From positions 32,001-96,000 of the forward strand of contig CAWGZR010000006.1 of the NCBI GenBank assembly GCA_963827165.1: DNA of 64,000 nucleotides. The letters run 5' to 3'. Within the stretch, counting starts at the first letter, position 1, and each line of letters begins with the position of its first letter. The notes beneath the pieces were generated by a model. The model worked only from the letters and a program-made list of their open reading frames with translations. It was not told the DNA's origin and did not search any database. The position numbers and the translations under genes were made by a program. Positions 9,212 to 19,100 of the stretch are shown one piece after another. Source of the stretch: Candidatus Bathyarchaeota archaeon. GTDB taxonomy: Archaea; Thermoproteota; Bathyarchaeia; Bathyarchaeales; Bathycorpusculaceae.

Positions 9212-9871
9212 ATGTTTGAAGCAGCAATTTTTGATTGGGACGGCACGTTAGGCGACACTCGCCAAGTAATAGTGGCTTCTTTTCAGAAGGCACTGAATGA
9301 AATCAACTGCAAAGTAAGCGACGAATATATTGAGCGTCGAATAGGTATCGGAGCAGCGGACACTTTTAGAGATATTCTGCGGTTTTCTAAAACGCCAATT
9401 GACGAAAAAACGGTTCAGCGCCTAGTCGAACGCAAAAGCGAACTTGAAATCGAATTAACCGACCAAGTGACACTCTTCCCCGGTGCAAAAGAGCTTCTTG
9501 ACACGTTGCATGGCAAAATCAAAATGTGTTTAGCATCAATGAACAACCGCTCAGTCATCACACATTTAATCAAAGCAAAAGGCTTAGAAAAATACTTCGA
9601 CGCAGTCCTTACAGCAGAGTCAATCACATATTCAAAGCCAAACCCAGAAATTTTCCTGAAGGCAGCAACTACCCTACGGGCAAAACCTGAAAAATGCGTT
9701 GTGATTGAGGATTCACTGTTCGGGGTTAAGGCCGCTAAATCCGCCGAGATGGGTTGCATCGCTGTTCTCACAGGGGTCTATTCTCAAGAGGAGCTCGAAG
9801 GGGAAAAGCCTGATTTGATTGTTTCCACTCTCCAAGATAAGCGAGTTGTTGAGCACATTCTGAGGCAATAA
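9212..9871 (+). CDS. HAD family phosphatase (beta-phosphoglucomutase-like)
   Basis: FDWDGTL, KPNPEIF, VIEDS..GV.AA. Confidence 0.92.
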   Translation: MFEAAIFDWDGTLGDTRQVIVASFQKALNEINCKVSDEYIERRIGIGAADTFRDILRFSKTPIDEKTVQRLVERKSELEIELTDQVTLFPGAKELLDTLHGKIKMCLASMNNRSVITHLIKAKGLEKYFDAVLTAESITYSKPNPEIFLKAATTLRAKPEKCVVIEDSLFGVKAAKSAEMGCIAVLTGVYSQEELEGEKPDLIVSTLQDKRVVEHILRQ

Positions 9872-9978
9872 CGCCCCACTTTACACATTGTGTGGTAGTC
9901 TCTTCACAATCACATAACTTTAAGAATTTACTGAATTAAATAATAATCATTCTCAAATCTGAGGGAAGGGAAAGTTCT

Positions 9979-10251
9979 ATGAAAAATTCTATCGAAAACA
10001 AAAAAACAAAGACACAAATGTTTCAAGTTCTTCTGCTTGACAACAATGCAAGCGACGACGTTGAAATCCAAGAAGCCGACCAAGTGAATTTCTCCCAAGT
10101 GAAAGAACACCTCAAAAACGGCGGATCAGTCTTCATCACAAGCAAAGACGCACAAAAAACATTTTACCCCAAATCTAAAGCTCAACAAAACTACAATAAA
10201 TCAAGAAGAATTTACGGAGCCCTTTTCCGGCAGTATTCGAGAAGTTCATAA
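9979..10251 (+). CDS. Hypothetical protein
   Basis: 90-aa ORF with upstream GAGGGAAGG and coding-like composition. Confidence 0.6.
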   Translation: MKNSIENKKTKTQMFQVLLLDNNASDDVEIQEADQVNFSQVKEHLKNGGSVFITSKDAQKTFYPKSKAQQNYNKSRRIYGALFRQYSRSS

Positions 10252-10256
10252 ATTGT

Positions 10257-10322
10257 GTGACGTGCATCCAGACGATTCATTTTACCCCCTCTCTCTTCCT
10301 TAATTTTTTGGATGCACGCCAC
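10257..10322. other. 14-bp inverted repeat enclosing a pyrimidine-rich loop
   Basis: gtgacgtgcatcca (10257-10270) versus tggatgcacgccac (10309-10322), 13/14 complementary, between convergent genes. Confidence 0.6.
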
Positions 10323-10464
10323 TCCCGCGAACTCAAACAACAATAAATCTTATCCGTAAAGGCATGTTTCCGCGATTTTTCCTTAAATTATCTCTTCAGC
10401 GTTGAATTAAGAAAAGAATGGGAATTAAATTTTCAAAGAAAAGAGAAAACTCTCAATAGCTAAG

Positions 10465-11568
10465 CTACTTCTTTCTTTTCATTGCCTGCGGAACATAGCC
10501 ACACCGCAGATCTGAACCCAAAATATCTCCAGTGTAATAAAGCGCTGCTGACCGACAACCGCCGCAGATATCCTTGTATTCGCAAACGCCGCATTTGCCT
10601 TTGATTTTGGTTTTATCTTTAACTTCAGCGAAAAACTCACTATTCTGCATCCCCTGCCAAATCTGCTCAAGAGACTCATCCCGAACGTTTCCAAGCCGGT
10701 AGGCGTCGTTGTAGCTGCAGGGTATGGCGTCGCCGTTTTCTGCTACGCTGAAGAATTTGCCGAAGAAGCATCTACCCAAAAAGAAGGTGTTGTACCAGTT
10801 TTCGAAGTCAGGCATGCCCCGTTGCTTCGCCACCCGCGCATAAAAAGGAATGTAAATGTTGATTCCAGGTTTCCCGTTGTATTCCAAGGTTAAATCATAA
10901 AGTTGATTGCATACCCACTCGTATTGTTGCGGCGTCAGGTCTGCACGCAGGGTTTTTTTGTCTTTGCTGTATGGGATGAACCCGTGAAACACAACCCACC
11001 GAGCGTTGTATTTGCGGGCTAAATCAAGGACATGACGCATGTCTTCCACGTCTGCGTTGGTGATTGGATCAGCGTTCGCGAAGGTGTAGACAAGACAGTT
11101 TAGAAGTTTCGCCTCTGAAAACATTTTTATGGCGGAAACAGCAGCCGCGTAAGCGCCGCTTCCTCGAATTGCGTCGTCTGTTTTTTCTGAGCCGTCGATG
11201 CTAACTGAAACTTTAACTTGATATTTGACGATGTTTTCTGCGGCTTCTTTATCCATCATGCGCCCGTCGGTTATGATGCTAGCGTTCAAACCGAGCTCTT
11301 TCGCATGGGCGATAACTTGGAAAAGGTCCTTTCGCAAAAACACCTGTCCGCCTGTGACGCCGAAGAAGCTTGCCCCGAAATCAGAGACTTGATCAACCAT
11401 TTTCAACGCAGCTGCGGTGTCAAGTTCGTTTGGAACCGCTGATTTACCAGCGGATGTACAGTGGACGCAGTTGCTGTCACATTGAAAGGTGCATCGCCAA
11501 GGAACAATGAATAAAGGTCCTTTTTCTTTCACGTTTTGCTTCTCCAAGATATTCATTATTGCATGCAA
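10465..11568 (-). CDS. Radical SAM protein with SPASM domain (AhbC/NirJ/PqqE-like)
   Basis: CDSNCVHC (CxxxCxxC), TGG, SIDG, and SPASM pattern C...G...PC...KCGVCEYKDICGGCR...C. Confidence 0.92.
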   Translation of the reverse strand: MHAIMNILEKQNVKEKGPLFIVPWRCTFQCDSNCVHCTSAGKSAVPNELDTAAALKMVDQVSDFGASFFGVTGGQVFLRKDLFQVIAHAKELGLNASIITDGRMMDKEAAENIVKYQVKVSVSIDGSEKTDDAIRGSGAYAAAVSAIKMFSEAKLLNCLVYTFANADPITNADVEDMRHVLDLARKYNARWVVFHGFIPYSKDKKTLRADLTPQQYEWVCNQLYDLTLEYNGKPGINIYIPFYARVAKQRGMPDFENWYNTFFLGRCFFGKFFSVAENGDAIPCSYNDAYRLGNVRDESLEQIWQGMQNSEFFAEVKDKTKIKGKCGVCEYKDICGGCRSAALYYTGDILGSDLRCGYVPQAMKRKK

Positions 11569-11710
11569 GATTATGCTATTTAACGCTTCACGTTTTCGTC
11601 TTATTTTTTCAAGTTCGGGTTCTGCCTCAACGAATGGAAAAGTTAATGATGAATTCCATAAAGGTTATAACTTTTTTCGGTATAACTAGATTGGAGAAGG
11701 CGAAAGGAGA

Positions 11711-11884
11711 ATGGATGAAGAAAGGCTGATTAGTGCAAGCCCGCAAAACTGCAGCCATCAAGAGCGGCAATTGTACACTGAAAGGTTTTTTGACATACTA
11801 AACGGTTTCGAGTTAACCTTTACGCGTTGCCCCAGCTGCCACAAAACTGTGAGTTTAGAAGCAAAAAAACTGAAAGAGGGCTAA
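11711..11884 (+). CDS. Small putative zinc-finger protein (57 aa)
   Basis: Below the ORF-track cutoff. SD-like AAGGAGA before ATG. MDEERLISASPQNCSHQERQLYTERFFDILNGFELTFTRCPSCHKTVSLEAKKLKEG with CxH and CPxC. Confidence 0.7.
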   Translation: MDEERLISASPQNCSHQERQLYTERFFDILNGFELTFTRCPSCHKTVSLEAKKLKEG

Positions 11885-11901
11885 AGCTTCAGATTGTGCC
11901 G

Positions 11902-12303
11902 CTATTTCTTTTCGTAAACGTAAAGGGTGCCTGCTTTAAGTAGATCTAAGGTTCGCTGTGTTTGGCCAATTGAAAGCTTGCATGTTTTAGGGTCGGATAG
12001 GAAGGGGAGCTTTTCAGGCGCGTTTTGGATGATATGAAGGTCCTCCCATGTTACTTTGATGTCATCGTAGGGGTATTGATGTTCTTCGTTTTCAACCCAG
12101 GTGCCTGCATCGAGCTCGTCGCCTTCCTCCAAGGTGGTGAAGGGTCCAAGCAGACTCTTGTCGTCGGAGTTGTAGAGGAAGACTACGGATCCAGTCTTCA
12201 GCTCTTCCGGTTTGGCTTTCTCACCCGTACACATGTAACGTTTCTGACTGATACACTGCTGCAAAGAAGATTTATCGCAGAAAAACACATATCCATCATA
12301 CAT
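11902..12303 (-). CDS. DCD (development/cell death)-like domain protein
   Basis: GYVFFC...C......G..VFLYN....L.GPF matches the DCD pattern as I recall it. Start trimmed to MYDGYVFF. Confidence 0.6.
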   Translation of the reverse strand: MYDGYVFFCDKSSLQQCISQKRYMCTGEKAKPEELKTGSVVFLYNSDDKSLLGPFTTLEEGDELDAGTWVENEEHQYPYDDIKVTWEDLHIIQNAPEKLPFLSDPKTCKLSIGQTQRTLDLLKAGTLYVYEKK

Positions 12304-12494
12304 AATTAACAGAACCTCTACAAATTCAAGTCCGTCGGCGCTTATTTCCTTTTTCCTTCCAACCTTCTTAATTTTCAAGACTCGCAGTTCATTAAGCAAG
12401 AGATTTGGTTGAATTAACAGGATGTTTAGCCTTTTTGTTGCCATGATTGTTATTAAGAACGATTTTTAATCCTTTAGCATTCGAAGAGAGAAAA

Positions 12495-13016
12495 ATGGAG
12501 AAAATCAAGTCACTAATAATCGCTGCATTGGCAATCGTTATTTTGGGTGCATTTTTCATTTCCACAGCTTTTGCATCTGATTCCACAGGCTTTAGCCTTG
12601 CTCTTTCTTCAAATCAGATACAGTATAAGATTCCTGCGGGAACTATGTTTAACGGTACAGTCGCCACCTCAGGCTGGGTTCGCGTCTGGGTTACTGAGCC
12701 CAGCGGAGGCGAAATCGTCAACTTAGGCATAATAGAAAAAACAACCAGTTTCGGCTTTATAGCGCAGCAAAACGGAACCTACACATTCAACTTCGAAAAC
12801 GACCTGCCCAACACAATCACAGTAACCTTCACCTACACCTCAAACCCACAGTTGCCAGACACTAATGCAGGAATACCACTAACATACATAATCTTCGTAG
12901 GAACTGTAGCCGTCGTTGGAAGCCTTCTGATATTCTTTGGGATTCGGCGCAAAACCAAAAAAGTGATGGCTGCCTACAAAAAAGCAGAATCTGCTAAGTC
13001 AAACGCCGCCAGTTAA
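12495..13016 (+). CDS. Membrane-anchored GOLD/emp24-like domain protein
   Basis: Signal peptide, beta-rich domain with FIAQQNGTYTFNFEN, C-terminal TM and basic tail. Confidence 0.65.
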   Translation: MEKIKSLIIAALAIVILGAFFISTAFASDSTGFSLALSSNQIQYKIPAGTMFNGTVATSGWVRVWVTEPSGGEIVNLGIIEKTTSFGFIAQQNGTYTFNFENDLPNTITVTFTYTSNPQLPDTNAGIPLTYIIFVGTVAVVGSLLIFFGIRRKTKKVMAAYKKAESAKSNAAS

Positions 13017-14401
13017 GGTTTGCTTAAATCTTGCTTTTTACGGTGGATGGCTGCCACTGTTGCGTTCACGTTTTTTTCTTCTACAACCAGTATGATCTGA
13101 GATGTGTGCGGGGCGAAAACTCCTCGCTTAATGTTGATTCCCTCAAGCGAACTAATTGCCATAGAAGCGACACCCGGCGAATCCTTCATCCTATCGCCAA
13201 TCAAAGTCACTACGCCCAAGCCATATTCAAGTCTCATTTTCTCGTCAAACCTCTTTAGCTTCTCCTCGTTTTTTCTAAGGAATTCTGCGTCTAAGAAGAG
13301 AAAATCACGGATTCGCTCACCCGTCTCAAGAGCTTCAGCGCCCAAATCCAAAAAGTCGTTCCTCCGCTCCCAAATCCGAAGTAAATCTTCAAGCGATCTG
13401 CTTTTCTCATCGTTCATCGTTAAAATTGCGCAGCCTGATTTACCCGTTAAGCATTTGACGACTTCTTCGTCGGTTGTTTCCGCCTCAATCGCTGAGTACA
13501 TTTCAGGTTCATCAATGGGCACTACCCGAAGCGGCTGCCTAAAGCGTCTGGCCATGGCTATGGCGGGGCTCTGCACGATCTTCATGCCCATCATCGAGGC
13601 TTTATGCGCTTCGTTGTAGGTTAACGCTTTGACATGCTCAGTTTTCTGTCCCTTCACAACTTTGGGGTCAGCGCTCTGCAGAGGCACGTCTTTGTAGAGG
13701 AGCGTTTGGGTATTGTAGATGTCTTTGAGCACGCAGGAGATGAAAACCGCTGTTAAATCTGATCCGCCTCTTCCCAAAACCGTTTCTAACCCATCGGATG
13801 TCATGCCTAAAAAGCCCGCTAAACAAAGGATTTTACCGTCTTCCAAAGGTCCAAGCAACGTGTGAACCCTTTTTTTGCTCTGCGCAACATGGGGCACGGC
13901 GTCCTCGAAATTGTCGTCCGTCACAATCGGCCACTCCTCCAAGGAAACATTGCAAGAATCTAAACCGTTGCTTCTCAAAATGTGAGCCATCAGAGAAGCC
14001 ATGGCAACTTCCCCGCCGAAAGTTAGAATTCTCGCTTTGACGTTGCCGCTGAACCGTTTATTAACTGAGTCAAGAGTGGCCTGCGTCAACGATTCAAAAT
14101 TAGACAAATCCGCCATAGCCTGCTCATGGAGCTCTTCGCTGACAAAATCCTTTGTCAATCGCCTGTAAACTTCGAAAACTGGTGCAAGGGGGAGAGCACA
14201 TAACTGCGCATAGGATCCTCCGATGTTTATAAGTGCATCAGTTGTGCCCATGGGAGCCGAAAAAACGATAATTGGACCGAACCCGTCTTTGGAACGGATC
14301 TCGCGTACGCGTTTTATGATTTTGGGGATTCCTTTCCCTTCGACATCCAAAAGACTGCCGCCAAACTTCGCTACTGAAAGAGACTTGAAACCGCATTCCA
14401 C
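13013..14401 (-). CDS. Aspartate kinase
   Basis: VAKFGGS, SA, GF.G, LGRGGSDLTA, ADPK, LTY.EA, C-terminal ACT-like domain. Confidence 0.9.
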   Translation of the reverse strand: MECGFKSLSVAKFGGSLLDVEGKGIPKIIKRVREIRSKDGFGPIIVFSAPMGTTDALINIGGSYAQLCALPLAPVFEVYRRLTKDFVSEELHEQAMADLSNFESLTQATLDSVNKRFSGNVKARILTFGGEVAMASLMAHILRSNGLDSCNVSLEEWPIVTDDNFEDAVPHVAQSKKRVHTLLGPLEDGKILCLAGFLGMTSDGLETVLGRGGSDLTAVFISCVLKDIYNTQTLLYKDVPLQSADPKVVKGQKTEHVKALTYNEAHKASMMGMKIVQSPAIAMARRFRQPLRVVPIDEPEMYSAIEAETTDEEVVKCLTGKSGCAILTMNDEKSRSLEDLLRIWERRNDFLDLGAEALETGERIRDFLFLDAEFLRKNEEKLKRFDEKMRLEYGLGVVTLIGDRMKDSPGVASMAISSLEGINIKRGVFAPHTSQIILVVEEKNVNATVAAIHRKKQDLSKP

Positions 14402-15050
14402 CTAACAAGAGAAGGCAACCGAACTCTCGCTTTAATAATTTTCTGACACTCTGCCATAGTTTTTTTCGCAAGAGAAAGGATCTGCAATTTTTGTTTGGCT
14501 GTTTTATGTTTCTTCCGGAGGGGCCCGACGGAGGGTCATTGTGAATGCGAGGTCGGTGCAATTCGTGAATATGGAAACGCAAGAACTTCGAGCACACGTC
14601 ATTGCTTAAGCTTTCAGGTTCAAAGTGACAAAAAGGTTCAAACTATTGCCAGATATGTCCTGTTTGCCTTGTTTTTCGCTTTCGCGGAGGTATGTCAAGC
14701 ATACTGGCATCGCTTCCGTTGGTTTGGTGCTTGGGTTTTTCTGTAGTTGTGTTGTACTGTTCATGTGTTACACTTCTATACACTTTGTGTAGTAAGTCGT
14801 AATATAAAACATTATTTTATTTTTTGACATATATCGAAAACCGACACATCAATCCCAAATAGAAACGCAAAAATCTGCAAAATTGCCGTCCTGCAAAACC
14901 CTGAAAATGCAATTGTTACTTTGTTTTGGTTCGGTTGGGCTTTGTTTAGTTTATGTGTATTTTTGAAGAACAAATATTCAGGTATATCGCCTCTCAATAA
15001 TGTTTATTAAGTCTTAATATACCATGCATTTTGATTAGGAGCGAAACAAA

Positions 15051-15506
15051 GTGACACTAGCAAAAGCAAAGTTAACAATAATCCTCTTGGTAATAGCAGC
15101 ATTCGCAGCGGCAGGAATAACCTACGCAGCCATAACCATCAATCAAAACATACCCTCCGGAGGAACAATCACGGCGGGCCCAAACGTAGGAATCTACTCA
15201 AACAACCAGTGCACAAATTCAATTTCCACAATAAACTGGGGATCCATAGAAGCAGGAGGCAGCGCCCAACAGATAGTTTACGTTGAAGACACGGGCGGCA
15301 GCGCCATGACTTTAAGCATAACCATAAGCAACTGGAGCCCCTTAGCCGCCAGCACCTACATGACCCTAACATGGAATGGACAAGGAACACAAATCCAACC
15401 AGGAGCCAACAACGCTTTAGCCGTCACGTTTACTTTGAACGTGTCACCCAGTATAACAGGCATCTCAAGTTTTAGCAACTCAATCACTATATCGGGGACA
15501 GGCTAA
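15051..15506 (+). CDS. Secreted beta-sandwich protein (paralog of 19905-20393)
   Basis: Signal peptide ending AGITYA. VGIYSNNQCTNSISTINWGSIEAG...SNWSP...YMTLTWN shared with the paralog. Confidence 0.85.
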   Translation: MTLAKAKLTIILLVIAAFAAAGITYAAITINQNIPSGGTITAGPNVGIYSNNQCTNSISTINWGSIEAGGSAQQIVYVEDTGGSAMTLSITISNWSPLAASTYMTLTWNGQGTQIQPGANNALAVTFTLNVSPSITGISSFSNSITISGTG

Positions 15507-15801
15507 AAGGCTCCGACCAATCTCTTTTTTGTCCATTCAAATGAATTAATTTGAAATGTTGAATAAAGTTCATGCATTGCTTCCAGGCACCGGTTTTTGT
15601 TCATTTGGTTTCCGATTTAATTCGCAGGGAGAATTCTCTTAGGAATTTTGCCCATTAGAAGGACAGAAAACTCATCAGAACAATTTGAAGGTTTTAGCGT
15701 TTTTGTATGGAATACTCAAACCGTGATACTCAAACTAACATAGAATCGCTTTGAAACTTTTGATGATCGCGCAAGGGGAGGATTTTGACACTGGAAATCC
15801 T

Positions 15802-15930
15802 GCAAATTCTTTTGTTTGTGTTTTGGGTTGCTTTTTTGATTTAGGGCTTGGATCGGTTGCAGGTTGAGTCTACTAAAGTCAACTATAGTCAATAAAAGTC
15901 TACTAAAGTCAACAAACGTCAGTAAAACTC
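15802..15930. repeat. Leader + decamer array element, copy C (69-bp leader, 6 x ~WACTAAAGTC)
   Basis: Leader 15802-15870, 55/69 identical ungapped to copy A by manual count. Units tactaaagtc, aactatagtc, aataaaagtc, tactaaagtc, aacaaacgtc, agtaaaactc. Confidence 0.9.
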
Positions 15931-16199
15931 AAAAGATTAAGCAAGGACCAATTTGGGAGTGACTGAGCCGACCGTCAGCCCAGCGGTTAACCTTCATTAC
16001 GCCTCCTTATGGCCTCTTCAGATACTCAAATCCTTGAAACGCCTTACGAGTTGGTCTTTCCTTCCTAGTGCACCTGCAACTTTTGGTTCAATACTTATTC
16101 GACGATTTCGACTTAAAAAACTAAATATTGTTTTTACATCATAAACATCCGAGTAAAAAGAGCTATTAGGTGAAGCATTGGGCATATTTCAAATTGTAA

Positions 16200-19100
16200 T
16201 TACGCCTCATCAGGTTTTCGTCTTAAACGTCTAACTGCTACTACTGTGTATATCAAAACGATTTCTGGAACAGTCAAGCCAACTGCAAGGAAGGGTGATA
16301 TTGATTTGCCTTTTGTTTCTAAAGGCGCTCCAAACTGTATTGATACTTGATGTGTGCTGAAATGAGTCGTATACCACACATAATAGTTGCTGGTATCTTT
16401 TGTGTTGCCTTGGTTTTGGGCAATTTGACCGTCGATGTAGATTGTTGGTGTAGTTCCATAGGGCACTGAAATTTTCGGGATAGTAATGTTACTGAAGCCT
16501 GTTGTTCCACTTACGCCTGTTACAGTAAAAGAAACTGTAGTCGTCGTGGCAGACTGGTTTGTTGTGATTGCAATGTTGGTCATTTGTGAACTGGTAATGT
16601 TTCCGCTGATTCCTAGATCGACTTTTGCGCCACTAGATGTCGTTGCTGTCACATATTCTGTGGGTGTTGGGGTGGGAGTGGTTTTGGGTTTAGGTGTTGC
16701 GGTAGGGGTTGACGTTGAGGGAGGAGGAGTTGGCGTTGAAGTTGAATTTGGAGAATTCACGGTAATCGAGACAGCGTTAGAAGTAAACGTAATCGGTACA
16801 GAAGCGCTATCAGCTACCTTGCAAGTAATCGAATGCGAAGATCCCGTAGCAGTATAAGAATAAGTTGCACTATCAGTGCCAACCGCAGTAACGTCCTCAT
16901 ACCACTGGTAGTGAACAACACCAGAACCGCCACTAGCCGAAGCCGTGAATGTCTCGGTCTGACCTGCATCTAAAGTAATTGGACCAACAGGCGTGATGCT
17001 AACCGTTGGCGAAGTATTAACAGTAACATTCGCCGCAGTAGACGGAGCCGAAGTCAAACCTGAACTATCAGTAACCGTTACAGTGATCAAGTAAGAACCC
17101 GCAGACCCAGGAACAAAACTAAATGTCGACGCAATCGCGCCAGTTTGGGCAGAACCATCAACATACCATTGATAACTTTTGTAACTGCCTGAACCGCCGC
17201 CAGGAGTAGCTGAGAAAGTATTGTTCTGACCGATATCCATAGTCCAGGAAGAAGGTGACACAGCAACAGACAGAGTAGCATTCACCGTTATCCCAGTTAG
17301 GGAACCAGTGATCGAGTTAGTGACTGTGTCTGTGGCAGTAATCGATTGTAAACCAGCAGTCTTCAAAGTTACTGTGAAAGAGCCAACACCACTCACAAGA
17401 CCAGCATTCGCAGGCAAAACCGCCTTACTATCACTAGAAGTGATCTTAACCGTACCCGCATAACTCGTAACCGTATTGTTATATGCATCCTTAGCAGTCA
17501 CCGTAAAACTGTGAGCAACACCAGCCACAGTAGAACTAGGAAACCCAGAAACCACAAAACTCGCAACACCGGCTACATTCACTGTTATGTCATTTTGAAG
17601 GCCAGTAATCGAACTAGTCACCGTGTCCGTAGCCGTAATAGACTGAGAACCAACGGTTTCCAAAACAACACTGAAAGAACCAGTACCATCCGTAAGAACA
17701 GAATTCAGAGGTAAAACCGCTTTGCTATCACTCGTTGTAATCGCGACCGTGCCAGCATAGCCCGTAGCAACGTTACCAGACATGTCGTAAACCGTAACCT
17801 TAACAGTGTGAGCGACACCGGCAACGGTGGGACTCGGGAAACCAGAAACCACAAAATAATCACCAGATGCAGCACTCACCAGTATTCCACTCTGAGAACC
17901 GGTAATCGAACTAGTCACCGTGTCCGTAGCCGTAATAGATTGAGAACCAGCAGTCTTCAAAGTTACTGTGAAAGAGCCAACACCACTCACAAGACCAGCA
18001 TTCGCAGGCAAAACCGCCTTACTATCACTAGAAGTGATCTTAACCGTACCCGCATAACTCGTAACCGTATTGTTATATGCATCCTTAGCAGTCACCGTAA
18101 AACTGTGAGCAACACCAGCCACAGTAGAACTAGGAAACCCAGAAACCACAAAATGCGTAGCAGAACCAGGATTCACCGTCAAAGAGGCAGGAGAACCAGA
18201 AGCACCATTATAGTTAGTATCACCAGTATAAACCACATCAAACTGGTAACTGCCAGTAGTCAAAGGAGTATAGGTCGCAGAAGCAGAACCACTGCTCAAA
18301 GATACCGCAGAACCAATATTGGAAAAACCGCCGCTGCCAATTTCCACCTGAAAAGTCACATTTCCAGTAGGAGTAGCACCGCTACCGGAAACAGTAACCG
18401 ACAACGACACAGAAGTTTCCACAGTAGTAGAACCTGAAGGACTCAAAGTCGGAACAGGAACTGTTGCGGTCGCCTTATTAACCGTTAAAGTTCCAGAGGC
18501 AAGACCGGTGCCTGGAACATAGTTGCTGTCGCCTTGATACACAGCCTCAAAACTATAGGTGGTTGGAATCAAAGGAGTGTACTGAACGGACACAGAGTTG
18601 CCTGATAGCGGAATCGCAGTGCCAAAATTGGCATAGGAACTGCCATTAATAGAAACTTGGAACTGCACATCACCAGTCGGAGCCGTAATGCCACCAGAAC
18701 CGGTAACAGTAGCTGAAACCATAACAGAAGCACCCAAAATAATCGGACTAGCAGGAGTAAAGGTTGCAGCACCAATCGTTGCCGTCGCCTCATTCACTGC
18801 TAAAGTTCCAGAAGCACCACCACTAATGGCAGAAAGATAATTGCTGTCGCCCTCATACACAGCCTTGAAAGTGTAAGTAGTTGCAGTTGAAGGAGTGTAG
18901 GAAGTGGAAGCTAAGCTTCCTGACAATACAACTGGTGAACCAAAAGCGGCATAGGAACTGCTGTTAATTGAAACTTGGAACTGCACATCACCAGTCGGAG
19001 CCGTAACCTCTGCTGGACCTGTAACAGTGGCTGAAACCATAACAGAAGCACCCAAAGCAATTGGGCTAATAGGAGAAAATGTTGCAGCGCCCACTGTAGC

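Noticed and set aside
15767-15802. gcgcaaggggaggattttgacactggaaatcct resembling a tRNA 3' fragment
   Set aside because: No proper T-loop or CCA. It is only a 7-bp hairpin and is not conserved before leader copies A and B.
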